The notes below the pieces were generated by a model that saw only the letters and a list, made by a program, of their open reading frames with translations, had not been told where the DNA came from and made no database searches. A stretch of DNA of 64,000 bases, taken from IMG/VR virus record IMGVR_UViG_3300032223_000402, positions 2,218 to 66,217 of that record, one strand, 5' to 3'. The position numbers and the translations under genes are program-made. This DNA comes from a virus. Its lineage: Duplodnaviria > Caudoviricetes. Positions 7,586 to 17,831 of the stretch are shown here, piece by piece. Position 1 is the first letter of the stretch. Each line of letters starts with the position of its first letter.

Positions 7586-8439
7586 TCGAAACTTTCTCCA
7601 TCCCCGCCTGTAACCGGTAGTGAAGGACCAGCAACAGTTGGGCTCGAACCTGAATTTTGTCTAGTCCAACTTGGAGTCATACCATTCATTTCAAGGATGT
7701 CGTCTCTAATATTTTGATTACGCTTTTCAATGTTAATGATCCGTACAAAGCTGTTAGTAACGGCAGCAGTATAATAAGCGAAAGGATTATCAGACTTGCT
7801 TTCATCGAACTGAAGCCCGATTTGAGTAAGCTGAAGAATGGCCTGTCCCCGCATTTCATCATTATAGGTATATCCTCTAACGTTACCTCTGGTAGCATAT
7901 CGTTCGCATAATTTGATAAACATACGAGCTAAATTATCTGTCATCTGTCCGTGGTCTTTGCTGAAGTATCCATTTGATAATCCGCCTTTCCAATGACTTT
8001 TCCCAACGCAGATCAAGTTACCTTGATCGTCATATTTCCAATGTTGGAACGGAGGAAAATTAACTTTGTCGTGACTGTCAGCGGTATTTTTAAGAGTCTT
8101 TTTACGACCAGGAGCAAGAGGAATGTGTTCAAAAGTCATAACACGGAATACTACATCGTGTTTGGCAACTTTTTTATAATCTATTTCAAAGTCCTTTGCT
8201 GGCAGCTTTTTACCGCCCGCTAGCACAGCAGTTTCGTGTGCTTGTTTTGACATCTTAGCAGCACGGTTTCTTTTGGCTTCTGCAACAGTACGTACATTCA
8301 GCTTATCTAGGCTAGTAATAATTAAATCGTAATCTGAATATTCTGGTGCTAAGAAACTACAATATGTATTTTTACTTCTGTGGATCTCTTTAAGAAGATC
8401 TTTGTTGGTTAGGTACTTTATTTTTGGTATAATGGTCAT
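7582..8439 (-). CDS. gp55-like late transcription sigma factor
   Basis: N-terminal YLTNKDLL. C-terminal GYTYNDEM...FDESKSDNPFAYYT matches gp55 family motifs. Adjacent to gp47/gp46 as in T4. Confidence 0.85.
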   Translation of the reverse strand: MTIIPKIKYLTNKDLLKEIHRSKNTYCSFLAPEYSDYDLIITSLDKLNVRTVAEAKRNRAAKMSKQAHETAVLAGGKKLPAKDFEIDYKKVAKHDVVFRVMTFEHIPLAPGRKKTLKNTADSHDKVNFPPFQHWKYDDQGNLICVGKSHWKGGLSNGYFSKDHGQMTDNLARMFIKLCERYATRGNVRGYTYNDEMRGQAILQLTQIGLQFDESKSDNPFAYYTAAVTNSFVRIINIEKRNQNIRDDILEMNGMTPSWTRQNSGSSPTVAGPSLPVTGGDGESFD

Positions 8440-8488
8440 TGGTTATGGGTTCTCCTACTACTTATTATAATAGCACATTTTGTTTAGA

Positions 8489-8495
8489 ATAAATA
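8489..8495 (+). promoter_or_regulatory. Late promoter-like motif ATAAATA heading the baseplate module
   Basis: TAAATA core 27 nt upstream of the ATG at 8523, followed by an AAGGA SD. Confidence 0.55.
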
Positions 8496-8522
8496 GAGTA
8501 TCGACAAGGAAAATCACTCAAA

Positions 8523-9656
8523 ATGGCCGGACTTTCATTAAATCCTTTATCACAGTTGGTTAATCAAGCCAGCTCGTCTATCCAAGCATCTATTGCCTCT
8601 GCGCAAAGTCAAGCACCTGCGATAGGAGACGCTCTAGGTAAACTTAACCTTGACAACGTTGTTAACCAAGCATCAGGCGGCCTAGGTAGCGGCCTAAACG
8701 GTCTAACTGGAAACATAACATCGGGACTTGGAAATCTAACCACCTTAGCCGGTACTTCGATCCCCGGTGCAAGCGCATTTGGTGGAATAGCCAGTACCGT
8801 ACAGTCTAGCGTTGGCGGAGCAATTAATAGTTTACAGTCTGTGGCAGCAAACACCAGTAACATTACTTCAGATATTTCTGGTAGCATCGGAAAATTAACT
8901 GGCGGTAACTTAGCAGGTGGCTTAATGAGTATTGCTGGATCGATATCTTCAGCAGCAGGAATGCTAAACAATTTGCTTAGCCTTACTAGAGGAAAAAATC
9001 TACCCGCAGGCGGTGAACTAGCTCTTAAACAAAGCCCTGCAATTAAGTTGAATCCAAATAATCCCAATGATTGGCGAGTAAGAATCAATGCCAATTGGCC
9101 GATCTTCCAAGGCAATGCGTGGTTTGCATTATTAGATAGATCCGGTGGCGTAGTTTGGCCCTACACACCTACAATCACAGTTTCAACAAAAGCAGAATAC
9201 ACAACAGTTCAGCCAACACATAGTAACTATAACTATATGTCATACAAAAACAGCACAGTTGATGACATTCAAATTTCAGGCGAATTTAGCTGTGAAACTG
9301 AAACAGATGCGGCTTATTGGATTGCTGCAACAATGTTCTTTAAGACAGCTACAAAAATGTTTTTTGGTTCAGGAGACAACGCAGGTAACCCTCCCATTGT
9401 TTGTAACTTGTCTGGTTACGGTTCTCATATTTTTGACAATGTTCCGGTAGTTATTAAATCATTTTCTGTAGATCTTAAAGATGATGTCAACTATATTAAC
9501 TGCGGCATTAATGGTGCCAATACCTGGGTTCCAACTTCTAGCACAATCACAGTTACAGTAACTCCGGTTTACAATAGAAGACGTTTGCGCCAATTCAACT
9601 TAAATGACTACGCCAAAGGCCGCGTAGCCGGTTCACCGGGTGTAGGATACATCTAA
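8523..9656 (+). CDS. Baseplate/tail-tube initiator-like protein (gp48/gp54-type) with Gly/Ser-rich N-terminus
   Basis: C-terminal half has a tube-fold pattern (WPYTP.I, GNPP.VC.L.GYG...F.NVPVVI.SF). First gene of the baseplate module. Confidence 0.6.
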   Translation: MAGLSLNPLSQLVNQASSSIQASIASAQSQAPAIGDALGKLNLDNVVNQASGGLGSGLNGLTGNITSGLGNLTTLAGTSIPGASAFGGIASTVQSSVGGAINSLQSVAANTSNITSDISGSIGKLTGGNLAGGLMSIAGSISSAAGMLNNLLSLTRGKNLPAGGELALKQSPAIKLNPNNPNDWRVRINANWPIFQGNAWFALLDRSGGVVWPYTPTITVSTKAEYTTVQPTHSNYNYMSYKNSTVDDIQISGEFSCETETDAAYWIAATMFFKTATKMFFGSGDNAGNPPIVCNLSGYGSHIFDNVPVVIKSFSVDLKDDVNYINCGINGANTWVPTSSTITVTVTPVYNRRRLRQFNLNDYAKGRVAGSPGVGYI

Positions 9657-9657
9657 T

Positions 9658-9960
9658 ATGGCATCACGATACGCAAAATCTAGTCCTTGGTCTTCAACCC
9701 TAGAAAATAATTTTAATCTTGAGTTGTTAGAAATTAGACCAGTACCTGCAGAAGCAGATGATTTTCTGTACACTATTGAAAACCATTACAAGCATCGTCC
9801 TGATTTGTTGTCTTATGATTTGTACGGAACACCGAAACTTTGGTGGGTATTCGTTCAACGCAATATGAGCGTTATTAGAGACCCAATTTATGATTTTGAA
9901 CCAGGTGTTCAGATTTATATCCCTAAAAGATCTAACTTAGAAAAATTTCTAGGATTGTAA
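9658..9960 (+). CDS. gp53-like baseplate wedge (LysM-like) protein
   Basis: RPDLLSYDLYG.P.LWWVF...N and G..IYIP pattern. Confidence 0.8.
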   Translation: MASRYAKSSPWSSTLENNFNLELLEIRPVPAEADDFLYTIENHYKHRPDLLSYDLYGTPKLWWVFVQRNMSVIRDPIYDFEPGVQIYIPKRSNLEKFLGL

Positions 9961-9961
9961 A

Positions 9962-12331
9962 ATGTCAATTAGAGATCTAGGAATTATAAACAATCTAATA
10001 ACCAAACCAGATGGGACTGGAGTACTCAATGGATTACTATCCACAGCATCGGTCACGGGCGTTGTTGAAAGAGTTACGGGTTTAAATCCTGCAAGAGCAA
10101 TAGATACAATCACCAACGGAGTTAGCTCGGTATTTACAGCACCTAATAAAACAGCGACTTCTGGTGGTAAAAATCTAACAGGTATTATTTTTAATCCTTT
10201 AGAGCAGTTTGCATCTTATACTCCGTTATGGACGATGGCCTGCCTTACTCCGCAACAATTCAATAATCCAGTGTCATACCGCAATAGTCCTGCTGCTCTA
10301 CAACACGTGGTATTTGCCTCAGCAGGCCGATATGACAGTCAGCGTGTGCAGACATTGTATGGTACTCCTGAATATTATGTTAATAATTTTACGATGCAAT
10401 CTGTGGTTGCTTCGTCTGAAAAAGTTGGCAATAGTAATGCCGTTAAATTTAATTTTGAAATCTATGAACCTTATAGTATGGGAATACTATTACAGAGTTT
10501 AGAAGTTGCCGCTAAGAAAGCAGGATATGTAAACTACCTGCAAAATGCACCATATGTTCTTAGATTAGACATTCAAGGATATGACGAAGATGGAAAAATA
10601 TATACCACAGTTAAACCTAAATTCTGGACACTAAAACTAACCAGTTGTAAATTTTCTGTAACTGAGTCAGGCAGTACCTATAAGGTAGAAGCTATTCCTT
10701 ATAATCATCACGGATTCAGTGATGCAATTAACGTTGCCTATAACGATGTTGCCATTGCAGCTTCAACAACTAAAACAGGACAATTTGACGCCGGCACGGT
10801 TGGAGATTTATTGGTCACAGGAGAAAAGAGTCTAATTAGGTTTCTCAACGATAACGAAGAAAAATTAAAAAAAGAAAAATTAATAACCTATCCTGACATC
10901 TATGAAATTCAATTTCCAACAGAGTCAAATGAATTTTATACAAACAATCCTCCATTGACAACGCCTCCTAAAGCCACTGTAGATCCTAACGCCGCTCCGC
11001 CGAAAGAAGCAGTTGCCGGAGCTTCCCTTGGAATAGAAACAGCAAACTTTGGTAGAAATGCTATCTCAACAAGCGACCTTGGATTTACTCAAAGTCAAGG
11101 TGGTAATTTCCGATTTAAGAAAAATGACGAGAGAGATCCCAAAACTGGAAAAGTTAAACGTGACAATATGACCATTGATCCTAAGACACGTAACTTCCAG
11201 TTTGCACAAGGACAGAGTCTTACAGCAATTATAAATCAGGTTATTGTAAGTTCTGATTATGCGATTGCGGCCTTAGATCCAAACAATAAACAGAATGGTT
11301 TTATCAAATGGTTTAAATTAGATGTACAAGTACAGCTTCAGGCAGATAAATTTGATCCGCTAACCGGTGACTATGCGATGAAGATAATTTATCGTGTAGT
11401 TCCTTTCTTAGTACACGAAAGTATTTTTGAACCGCCTACCTCAGCCTCTGCAGGTTACAACGAATTAGAAAAGAAAATTAAAAAAGCCTATAATTATATC
11501 TACACTGGTAAGAACGTTGATATATTAAAATTTGATATTGAAATTAACAATTTGTTTTACTCAGGTGTAAATCCCAGCAACGAATCTAAAACAGGAACAG
11601 CTGGTGATCCTAATCAACAAGGTGTACAAAATAATCCGCAGACAAAAGTCTCTGCCGGTAAAGGCGATCAATCTAAAGAAGCATTAACTGCTAATCTTGG
11701 AAGATCAAGACCTCGTCGAGATCCTGAATTATTAAAAAGCACAGTTGGTGGTAGTACAGCCGGAAGTACAGAAAGACAGGTTGCAAAAAACTTTCAAGAA
11801 TCTATTCTTAAAGGCACAAGTGCTGATATGTTTACGTTATCTCTCGAAATATTAGGAGATACGTACTGGATGATAGATAGCGGAATGTCTAACTATTTTT
11901 CTAAACCAGTAAGTCCAGGTGCACTGATTACCGAAGACGGTACAATGAATTATGAAGGTACTGATGTTTACATTTACATCAGTTTTAAGACACCAGTTGA
12001 CCTAAACGAAAATACTGGCCTATATGATTTTCCAGCAGATGCATCTATTGAAAGTCCGTTCAGCGGAATCTATCGCGTGGTAATGTGTGATAATATGTTC
12101 AATGACGGCCTTTTCAAACAAAAATTAAAATGTGTGAGAATGCCAGCACAGCCACAAGATTTCAACGGCAAGGCACTAACACAAGAAAAACAAAACTCTG
12201 TAAACAGAGTGTTGGAAGGTAAGGTACCAGATGCTAAATCTCCAGAGGACGCTCCGCAAGACACTGGTCCTACTACAAAAGCAGAAGCAGTAGCATCTAA
12301 TAATAATAACAATGGATGGGGTGAAGGTTAA
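9962..12331 (+). CDS. Putative baseplate hub protein (gp27/gpD-like)
   Basis: Position between the gp53- and gp5-like genes. C-terminal LEILGD and FSGIY.V...N.F..G.FKQ.L pattern. Confidence 0.55.
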   Translation: MSIRDLGIINNLITKPDGTGVLNGLLSTASVTGVVERVTGLNPARAIDTITNGVSSVFTAPNKTATSGGKNLTGIIFNPLEQFASYTPLWTMACLTPQQFNNPVSYRNSPAALQHVVFASAGRYDSQRVQTLYGTPEYYVNNFTMQSVVASSEKVGNSNAVKFNFEIYEPYSMGILLQSLEVAAKKAGYVNYLQNAPYVLRLDIQGYDEDGKIYTTVKPKFWTLKLTSCKFSVTESGSTYKVEAIPYNHHGFSDAINVAYNDVAIAASTTKTGQFDAGTVGDLLVTGEKSLIRFLNDNEEKLKKEKLITYPDIYEIQFPTESNEFYTNNPPLTTPPKATVDPNAAPPKEAVAGASLGIETANFGRNAISTSDLGFTQSQGGNFRFKKNDERDPKTGKVKRDNMTIDPKTRNFQFAQGQSLTAIINQVIVSSDYAIAALDPNNKQNGFIKWFKLDVQVQLQADKFDPLTGDYAMKIIYRVVPFLVHESIFEPPTSASAGYNELEKKIKKAYNYIYTGKNVDILKFDIEINNLFYSGVNPSNESKTGTAGDPNQQGVQNNPQTKVSAGKGDQSKEALTANLGRSRPRRDPELLKSTVGGSTAGSTERQVAKNFQESILKGTSADMFTLSLEILGDTYWMIDSGMSNYFSKPVSPGALITEDGTMNYEGTDVYIYISFKTPVDLNENTGLYDFPADASIESPFSGIYRVVMCDNMFNDGLFKQKLKCVRMPAQPQDFNGKALTQEKQNSVNRVLEGKVPDAKSPEDAPQDTGPTTKAEAVASNNNNNGWGEG

Positions 12332-13914
12332 TGGCAGAATATTCAAGACCGACGGACGACTTAATAAAACACTCCGATATGGGCTCTGGGCTGTATACAG
12401 CCAGAGTAGTAAGTCATCTTGATCCTAGTTTTATGGGAGATCTCGAAGTCACTTTGTTAAGAGAGCAAGGCAATACTGTAGGCGACGACAGTCAGACTTT
12501 TGTTGTTCGCTTTGCCAGTCCTTTCTTTGGCTATACTGGTTTTGAGTATATGGGACAAAACAAAGCCGATTTCAACGACACACAAAAATCTTACGGTATG
12601 TGGTTTGTTCCGCCTGATGTAGGAGTTACAGTTTTAGTTTCGTTTGTCAACGGTGACCCAGGACAAGGTTATTGGTTTGCTTGTATTCCTCCTAGATTTG
12701 CTAATCAAATGGTGCCAGCGATTGCAGGAACAACGCAGGTAGAATTAACCACAGAAGACAATAAAAAGTTTAATACTAAGATGCCGTTGCCAACCGGCGA
12801 GATGAATAAAAAGATCAATGCAGATCCGGGCGATAAAGGCGAAAGTAGCATTGACACTGATAAGATTAAAAAAGCAGTACATCCTATTGCAGATGCATTT
12901 CTTAGACAGGGACTATTAGAAGATGATGTCCGTGGTGTAACTACAACATCGGCAAGACGAGAAGTGCCTAGTATGGTATTTGGTATTAGCACTCCTGGGC
13001 CATTAGATCGTCGTCCTGGTGCAAAGAAAGGTTCACAAGGCAAAGACAAAGATCAAACACCAACACCGGTTCCAGTTAGTAGACTAGGCGGAACAACATT
13101 GGTAATGGATGACGGCGATGATCGCTATCAACGTAAAACCCCAGCAAAGACAGGGCCGGTTGAATATGTTGATTCTTTAGAAAATAAACCAACCACAAGC
13201 GGTCAACCTGATATTCCATACAATGAATATTTCCGTGTTCGCACAAGAACAGGTCATCAGATCCTGATGCACAACAGTGAAGATTTAATCTACATTGCCA
13301 ATGCTCAAGGAACCGCTTGGGTAGAATTAACTGCTAACGGTAAGATTGATATCTATGCTGCTGATAGTATTAGTATCCACACCGAAGCAGATTTAAACAT
13401 ACGTGCTGATCGTGACATTAATATGGAAGCTGGCCGTAACATTAATATGAAAACTGAAACGGGTCGTTGGCACGCTGAAGTAGCCACCGACTTAGAATTT
13501 TTAGTCAATGCAGAAGCAAAGATTACAGTAGGTCAAAATTTCCAGTTATTAGTTGGACAGGCTACAAAAATTTCCAGCAACACAAATTGCGAAATTAACA
13601 GCAACAATGATAATTTATTCAGTGCAGGAAACAATACAAATATTGGTAGCGGCGGTAATCATATCGAGTCTGCAACTAAGATCTATATGAATAGCATTGC
13701 CGCAACTCCTGCAACAGTCGCTGATTTCGTACAGCCTTTGGAATTAAGACCGAACGCATCGACTTCAATAGAAGTTGGTTGGAATCCTAAAAAATATCAG
13801 GCTGGGGTAATGAAAAGCATTATGAAACGCATACCGATGCACGAGCCTTGGTTGCTTCACGAAAATATGGCTCCGCAATTAATGACACCTGAAGAAACAG
13901 ATAGAGAGGTATAA
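12331..13914 (+). CDS. gp5/Vgr-like baseplate central spike
   Basis: N-terminal OB-fold (ARVV...DP..MG.L.V; GMWFVPPDVG..VLV.F.NGD), RTRTGH, and beta-helix repeats near the C-terminus. No lysozyme domain seen. Confidence 0.8.
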   Translation: MAEYSRPTDDLIKHSDMGSGLYTARVVSHLDPSFMGDLEVTLLREQGNTVGDDSQTFVVRFASPFFGYTGFEYMGQNKADFNDTQKSYGMWFVPPDVGVTVLVSFVNGDPGQGYWFACIPPRFANQMVPAIAGTTQVELTTEDNKKFNTKMPLPTGEMNKKINADPGDKGESSIDTDKIKKAVHPIADAFLRQGLLEDDVRGVTTTSARREVPSMVFGISTPGPLDRRPGAKKGSQGKDKDQTPTPVPVSRLGGTTLVMDDGDDRYQRKTPAKTGPVEYVDSLENKPTTSGQPDIPYNEYFRVRTRTGHQILMHNSEDLIYIANAQGTAWVELTANGKIDIYAADSISIHTEADLNIRADRDINMEAGRNINMKTETGRWHAEVATDLEFLVNAEAKITVGQNFQLLVGQATKISSNTNCEINSNNDNLFSAGNNTNIGSGGNHIESATKIYMNSIAATPATVADFVQPLELRPNASTSIEVGWNPKKYQAGVMKSIMKRIPMHEPWLLHENMAPQLMTPEETDREV

Positions 13915-13915
13915 T

Positions 13916-14362
13916 ATGGCTGTACTAAAAAGACTTTACAACACTAAAACTGTAGCTACTAACAAAGCATCTGTTGGTTCACAGGGAAATAATTCCTTTA
14001 CCTATAGAGGATTTAATTCACAAGAATCTGCAACTAATTACAAGCTCTATGATATGGATCTAGTCAAGCAAGATATTATGAATCATTTCCATATCCGCAA
14101 AGGAGAAAAATTAGAAAATCCAGATTTTGGTACAGTTATCTGGGATATGCTGTTTGAACCTTTCACAGAAGATGTTAAAAGAATTATTTCCAAGGACGTA
14201 GAAGATATTATTAACTATGATCCGAGAATCGCAGTAAACGCTGTAACCGTAGACACCACAGAGCAGGGCATTAGAATACAAGCGGACCTAGTGTATATTC
14301 CGTTTAATATTAATGAACGTATGACCTTTGACTTTGATAAAGCCAACTCTATCATTAAGTAA
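13916..14362 (+). CDS. gp25-like baseplate wedge subunit
   Basis: KGEK..NPDFG...W..LFEP and I.YDPRI motifs. Confidence 0.9.
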   Translation: MAVLKRLYNTKTVATNKASVGSQGNNSFTYRGFNSQESATNYKLYDMDLVKQDIMNHFHIRKGEKLENPDFGTVIWDMLFEPFTEDVKRIISKDVEDIINYDPRIAVNAVTVDTTEQGIRIQADLVYIPFNINERMTFDFDKANSIIK

Positions 14363-14380
14363 GCGGTTAATTTTATATGG

Positions 14381-14386
14381 TAAATA
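14381..14386 (+). promoter_or_regulatory. Late promoter-like TAAATA
   Basis: Intergenic, upstream of the gp6-like gene, with an AGGA SD. Confidence 0.5.
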
Positions 14387-14403
14387 TGCTATAGGAACGA
14401 AAA

Positions 14404-17400
14404 ATGACCACAACGACTAGACAGAATAACCTAATTTTAAATCAAGATTGGAAGAGAATATATCAGACATTTAGAAATGCTGACTTTAAATCTTACGATT
14501 TTGAAAATCTACGCAGGGTTATTATCACATATCTGCGCCAGAACTATCCTGAAGATTTCAATGATTACATTGACAGTTCTGAATATCTAGCGTTGATCGA
14601 TGCAGTGGCATTCATTGGTCAAAGTCTTGCGTTCCGTGTCGATCTAGCATCAAGAGAAAACTTCATTGAGTTAGCAGAACGTAAAGAAAGCGTACTACGA
14701 ATTGCTCGTATGTTGAGCTATAACGCCAAACGAAATATTGCTGCCCAAGGACTTTTGAAGTTTACCACTGTAACAACTACAGAATCTTTGCTAGACGGCA
14801 ACGGAAAAAATCTTGCTAACCAGATCATACAATGGAATGACCCAACAAACTCAAACTGGTTAGAGCAGTTTATTATTGTGTTAAACGCCGCAATGGCAGA
14901 TAATACAGAATTTGGTCGCAGTCAAGGTACTGCAACAGTTCAAGGCATTCCTACAGAACAATATCGATTCCGCACAACATCAACAGATGTTCCTATTTTT
15001 ACCTATGACAAAACAGTATCAGGTAGAGGTATGCAATTTGAAATAGTTAGTACTACTTTCAACGGTCAAAACTATTTCTATGAAGAAGCACCTTTCCCAG
15101 GAAACCAACTAGGCTTTGTTTATAAGAATGATGGTAAAGGCCCAGGCAGCGCAAACACTGGTTTTTATCTGATGTTTAAGCAAGGCAGTCTAGAGCTTGC
15201 AGATTTTAATATTGATGTACCAACAACTAATGAAACAATCAGCGTCGGCGCACAAAACATCAACAACGATGATGTTTGGTTGTATAGCTTAGATTCAGTT
15301 GGCACACAAACTGATCAGTGGACACAGGTAGCTAATTTAATCGGCAACAACATTGTTTACAACAGTGTGTCACAAAATATTAGAAATATTTTTTCAATTG
15401 TTACAAAAGAAAATGACACAGTAGATTTAACATTTGCTGATGGTGTCTACGGTAACTTGCCACAAGGTAACTTCCGTTTTTACTACAGAGTCAGCAATGG
15501 TCTTTCTTATACAATATATCCAAATGAAATGAAGGGTATTAATATTTCTGTTCCTTATTATAACAAGGCAGGGATACAACAAACAATTACTATCGGTCTT
15601 GGACTGCAATACACAGTTAGTTCATCGGCTGCTAGTGAAACAATTGATTCTATTAGAACAAACGCACCTGCTGTTTATTATACACAAAACAGAATGGTAA
15701 CTGGTGAAGATTATAATCTTGCACCGTTGGGTACCAGTCAAGATATCTTAAAAGTAAAATCAATTAACAGAACGTCTAGTGGAATTTCAAGAAACTTTGA
15801 AATTATCGACGCTAGCGGAAAATACAGTTCTGTTAATGTATTTGCCAATGACGGTTACATCTATAAAGAGTATGTAGAAAAGACTTTGTCTTTTAAAGAC
15901 TTTAACAACAGAATCGATATTTTAAATTTCTTGGTCCAAGGCGGCACGAGCGGTTATAGTATATTCCAAGACACTGATGTGTTTAATTTTTACCTAACAA
16001 AATATGACAAAATTTTGTTTGATACCGCATCTGCAAACTTTAGATGGAAACAGATAACCACAGGTACAAATATTACCACAGGTTATTTTTATAACTCAAC
16101 AGATAATAGTTTGCGAAAAGTTGGTTCATACTCTACTAACAGTTTGAAATATGCAGTTCCTGGGGCTCTAATGAAATTTGTTCCACCGACTGGGAAAGCC
16201 TTTAGAAAAGGAAAATTAGTTACAGCAAATCCCTCAGATCCTTTGCAGACTTCATATATCTGGACTGAAGTTGTTAAGGTAGTAGGCGACGGCACAAACG
16301 CAGGCCGTGGCACGCTACCTTCAGGATTGGGACCAGTGACATTTAACACCACAGTTCCGGATGGATCAGTCGCTGCTAGGATCGTTCCAAAATGGGCTGA
16401 GAATCTTACTGATGCACTAGCACAAGAAACTGCCATCCAAGTCTATGAAGGTTTAAATTTTGGTCTTCGCTATGATGTTACTACAACATCTTGGAAAATT
16501 ATTACAACACCTAACTTGGATTTAGTAAGTCCTTTTAGTCTAGGTAAATCAGGCGACTCAACAAATTTAAATTTAGACTCGTCTTGGATGATAGCATTTA
16601 TTAAACAACCAGAACAGTATGAAATTAGAATTAGGTCAATGGCCTATGTATTTGGTAGTGTGATGCAGAATAGATTTTACTATGACGATACTCAGTCATT
16701 TTATAACAGCCAAACAGGAACAGTGGTCAAAGACCAAGTTAAGATTTTAAGTATCAATACTAGCAGTGATTTAATTTCGGCGTTGGGCGTCGATATCCCC
16801 TTCCAGATCGACGATAGTATAAAGTTTGATGACGGGTATGAAAGCACCAGCGAGATTAAACTAGCGTTCTTTGACAGTGATGAAAACGGCGTTATCGATA
16901 ACCCTCAGGCATTTGAAGATATCGTCGGAGAAGATGCGCTTAATAGATATTTGTTCTTTAAACAGTCAGTTGATACTTCTGGTGCAACATATTATCAATT
17001 AGTTGACAACAGTAACGATATGATTTTAATTCGTTCAAGCGAACTATCTATCAGTGTAACAGACTATGAAGATGGCCAGCTGATATATTTTTACGATATT
17101 TTAGAAGATAGAGTTAAAAAGGTCAATAGAACTACTAATACTTTAGAATTAGATTCTTCATACAAGGCAAATATCGGACGTGATAATCTCAAATTCCAGT
17201 ATCTACACAATGCCGATGCTGAGAGAAGAATTGATCCAAGCTCTAGCAATATTATTGATTTATTTTTATTAACTAGATCTTATGATACTTCATATAGAAA
17301 CTGGTTAGCTGGAGCATTGACAGTGGAGCCTACTCCGCCGGATAATGATGGATTAAGAGATGTATTCGGTGGCAAGCTGTCTTTGATTAAAACAGTTAGT

Positions 17401-17826
17401 GATGAAGTTGTATATCACCCTGTTAGATACAAAGTATTATTTGGTGCTAAAGCCGATATAAAATTACAGGCACAGTTTAAGGTAGTTAAAAATCCTAACA
17501 AATCCGTAAACGACAACGATATTAAAGTTAGAATTATAAATGCTATTAACACATTCTTTGATGTAAACAATTGGGATTTTGGTGATAGATTTTATCTCAG
17601 CGAATTAACAACTTACATTTTGAATACAACTGCCCCTGATATCAGCAACCTTGTAATTCTTCCAAGACAGATATCCCAGGTATTCGGTAGTTTGTTTGAA
17701 ATACAAAGTGCTCCGGATGAAATTTTCGTAAGCGGTGCAACAGTAGATGATGTTGAAATTGTTACAGCAATTACAGCAGCAGAGATTCGAGCTTCAACAA
17801 GTTCAGTAGTTAACACAACGGCATAA
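14404..17826 (+). CDS. gp6-like baseplate wedge subunit
   Basis: DF.SYDFE.LR, E.F...A..KESV...A..L.Y, FADG..G..P and E....IR..AP......QNR.VT..DY motifs. Confidence 0.85.
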   Translation: MTTTTRQNNLILNQDWKRIYQTFRNADFKSYDFENLRRVIITYLRQNYPEDFNDYIDSSEYLALIDAVAFIGQSLAFRVDLASRENFIELAERKESVLRIARMLSYNAKRNIAAQGLLKFTTVTTTESLLDGNGKNLANQIIQWNDPTNSNWLEQFIIVLNAAMADNTEFGRSQGTATVQGIPTEQYRFRTTSTDVPIFTYDKTVSGRGMQFEIVSTTFNGQNYFYEEAPFPGNQLGFVYKNDGKGPGSANTGFYLMFKQGSLELADFNIDVPTTNETISVGAQNINNDDVWLYSLDSVGTQTDQWTQVANLIGNNIVYNSVSQNIRNIFSIVTKENDTVDLTFADGVYGNLPQGNFRFYYRVSNGLSYTIYPNEMKGINISVPYYNKAGIQQTITIGLGLQYTVSSSAASETIDSIRTNAPAVYYTQNRMVTGEDYNLAPLGTSQDILKVKSINRTSSGISRNFEIIDASGKYSSVNVFANDGYIYKEYVEKTLSFKDFNNRIDILNFLVQGGTSGYSIFQDTDVFNFYLTKYDKILFDTASANFRWKQITTGTNITTGYFYNSTDNSLRKVGSYSTNSLKYAVPGALMKFVPPTGKAFRKGKLVTANPSDPLQTSYIWTEVVKVVGDGTNAGRGTLPSGLGPVTFNTTVPDGSVAARIVPKWAENLTDALAQETAIQVYEGLNFGLRYDVTTTSWKIITTPNLDLVSPFSLGKSGDSTNLNLDSSWMIAFIKQPEQYEIRIRSMAYVFGSVMQNRFYYDDTQSFYNSQTGTVVKDQVKILSINTSSDLISALGVDIPFQIDDSIKFDDGYESTSEIKLAFFDSDENGVIDNPQAFEDIVGEDALNRYLFFKQSVDTSGATYYQLVDNSNDMILIRSSELSISVTDYEDGQLIYFYDILEDRVKKVNRTTNTLELDSSYKANIGRDNLKFQYLHNADAERRIDPSSSNIIDLFLLTRSYDTSYRNWLAGALTVEPTPPDNDGLRDVFGGKLSLIKTVSDEVVYHPVRYKVLFGAKADIKLQAQFKVVKNPNKSVNDNDIKVRIINAINTFFDVNNWDFGDRFYLSELTTYILNTTAPDISNLVILPRQISQVFGSLFEIQSAPDEIFVSGATVDDVEIVTAITAAEIRASTSSVVNTTA

Positions 17827-17831
17827 GAAAT

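Noticed and set aside
12331-13914. gp5 tail lysozyme domain
   Set aside because: No T4-lysozyme catalytic motif is visible; only OB-fold and beta-helix parts.
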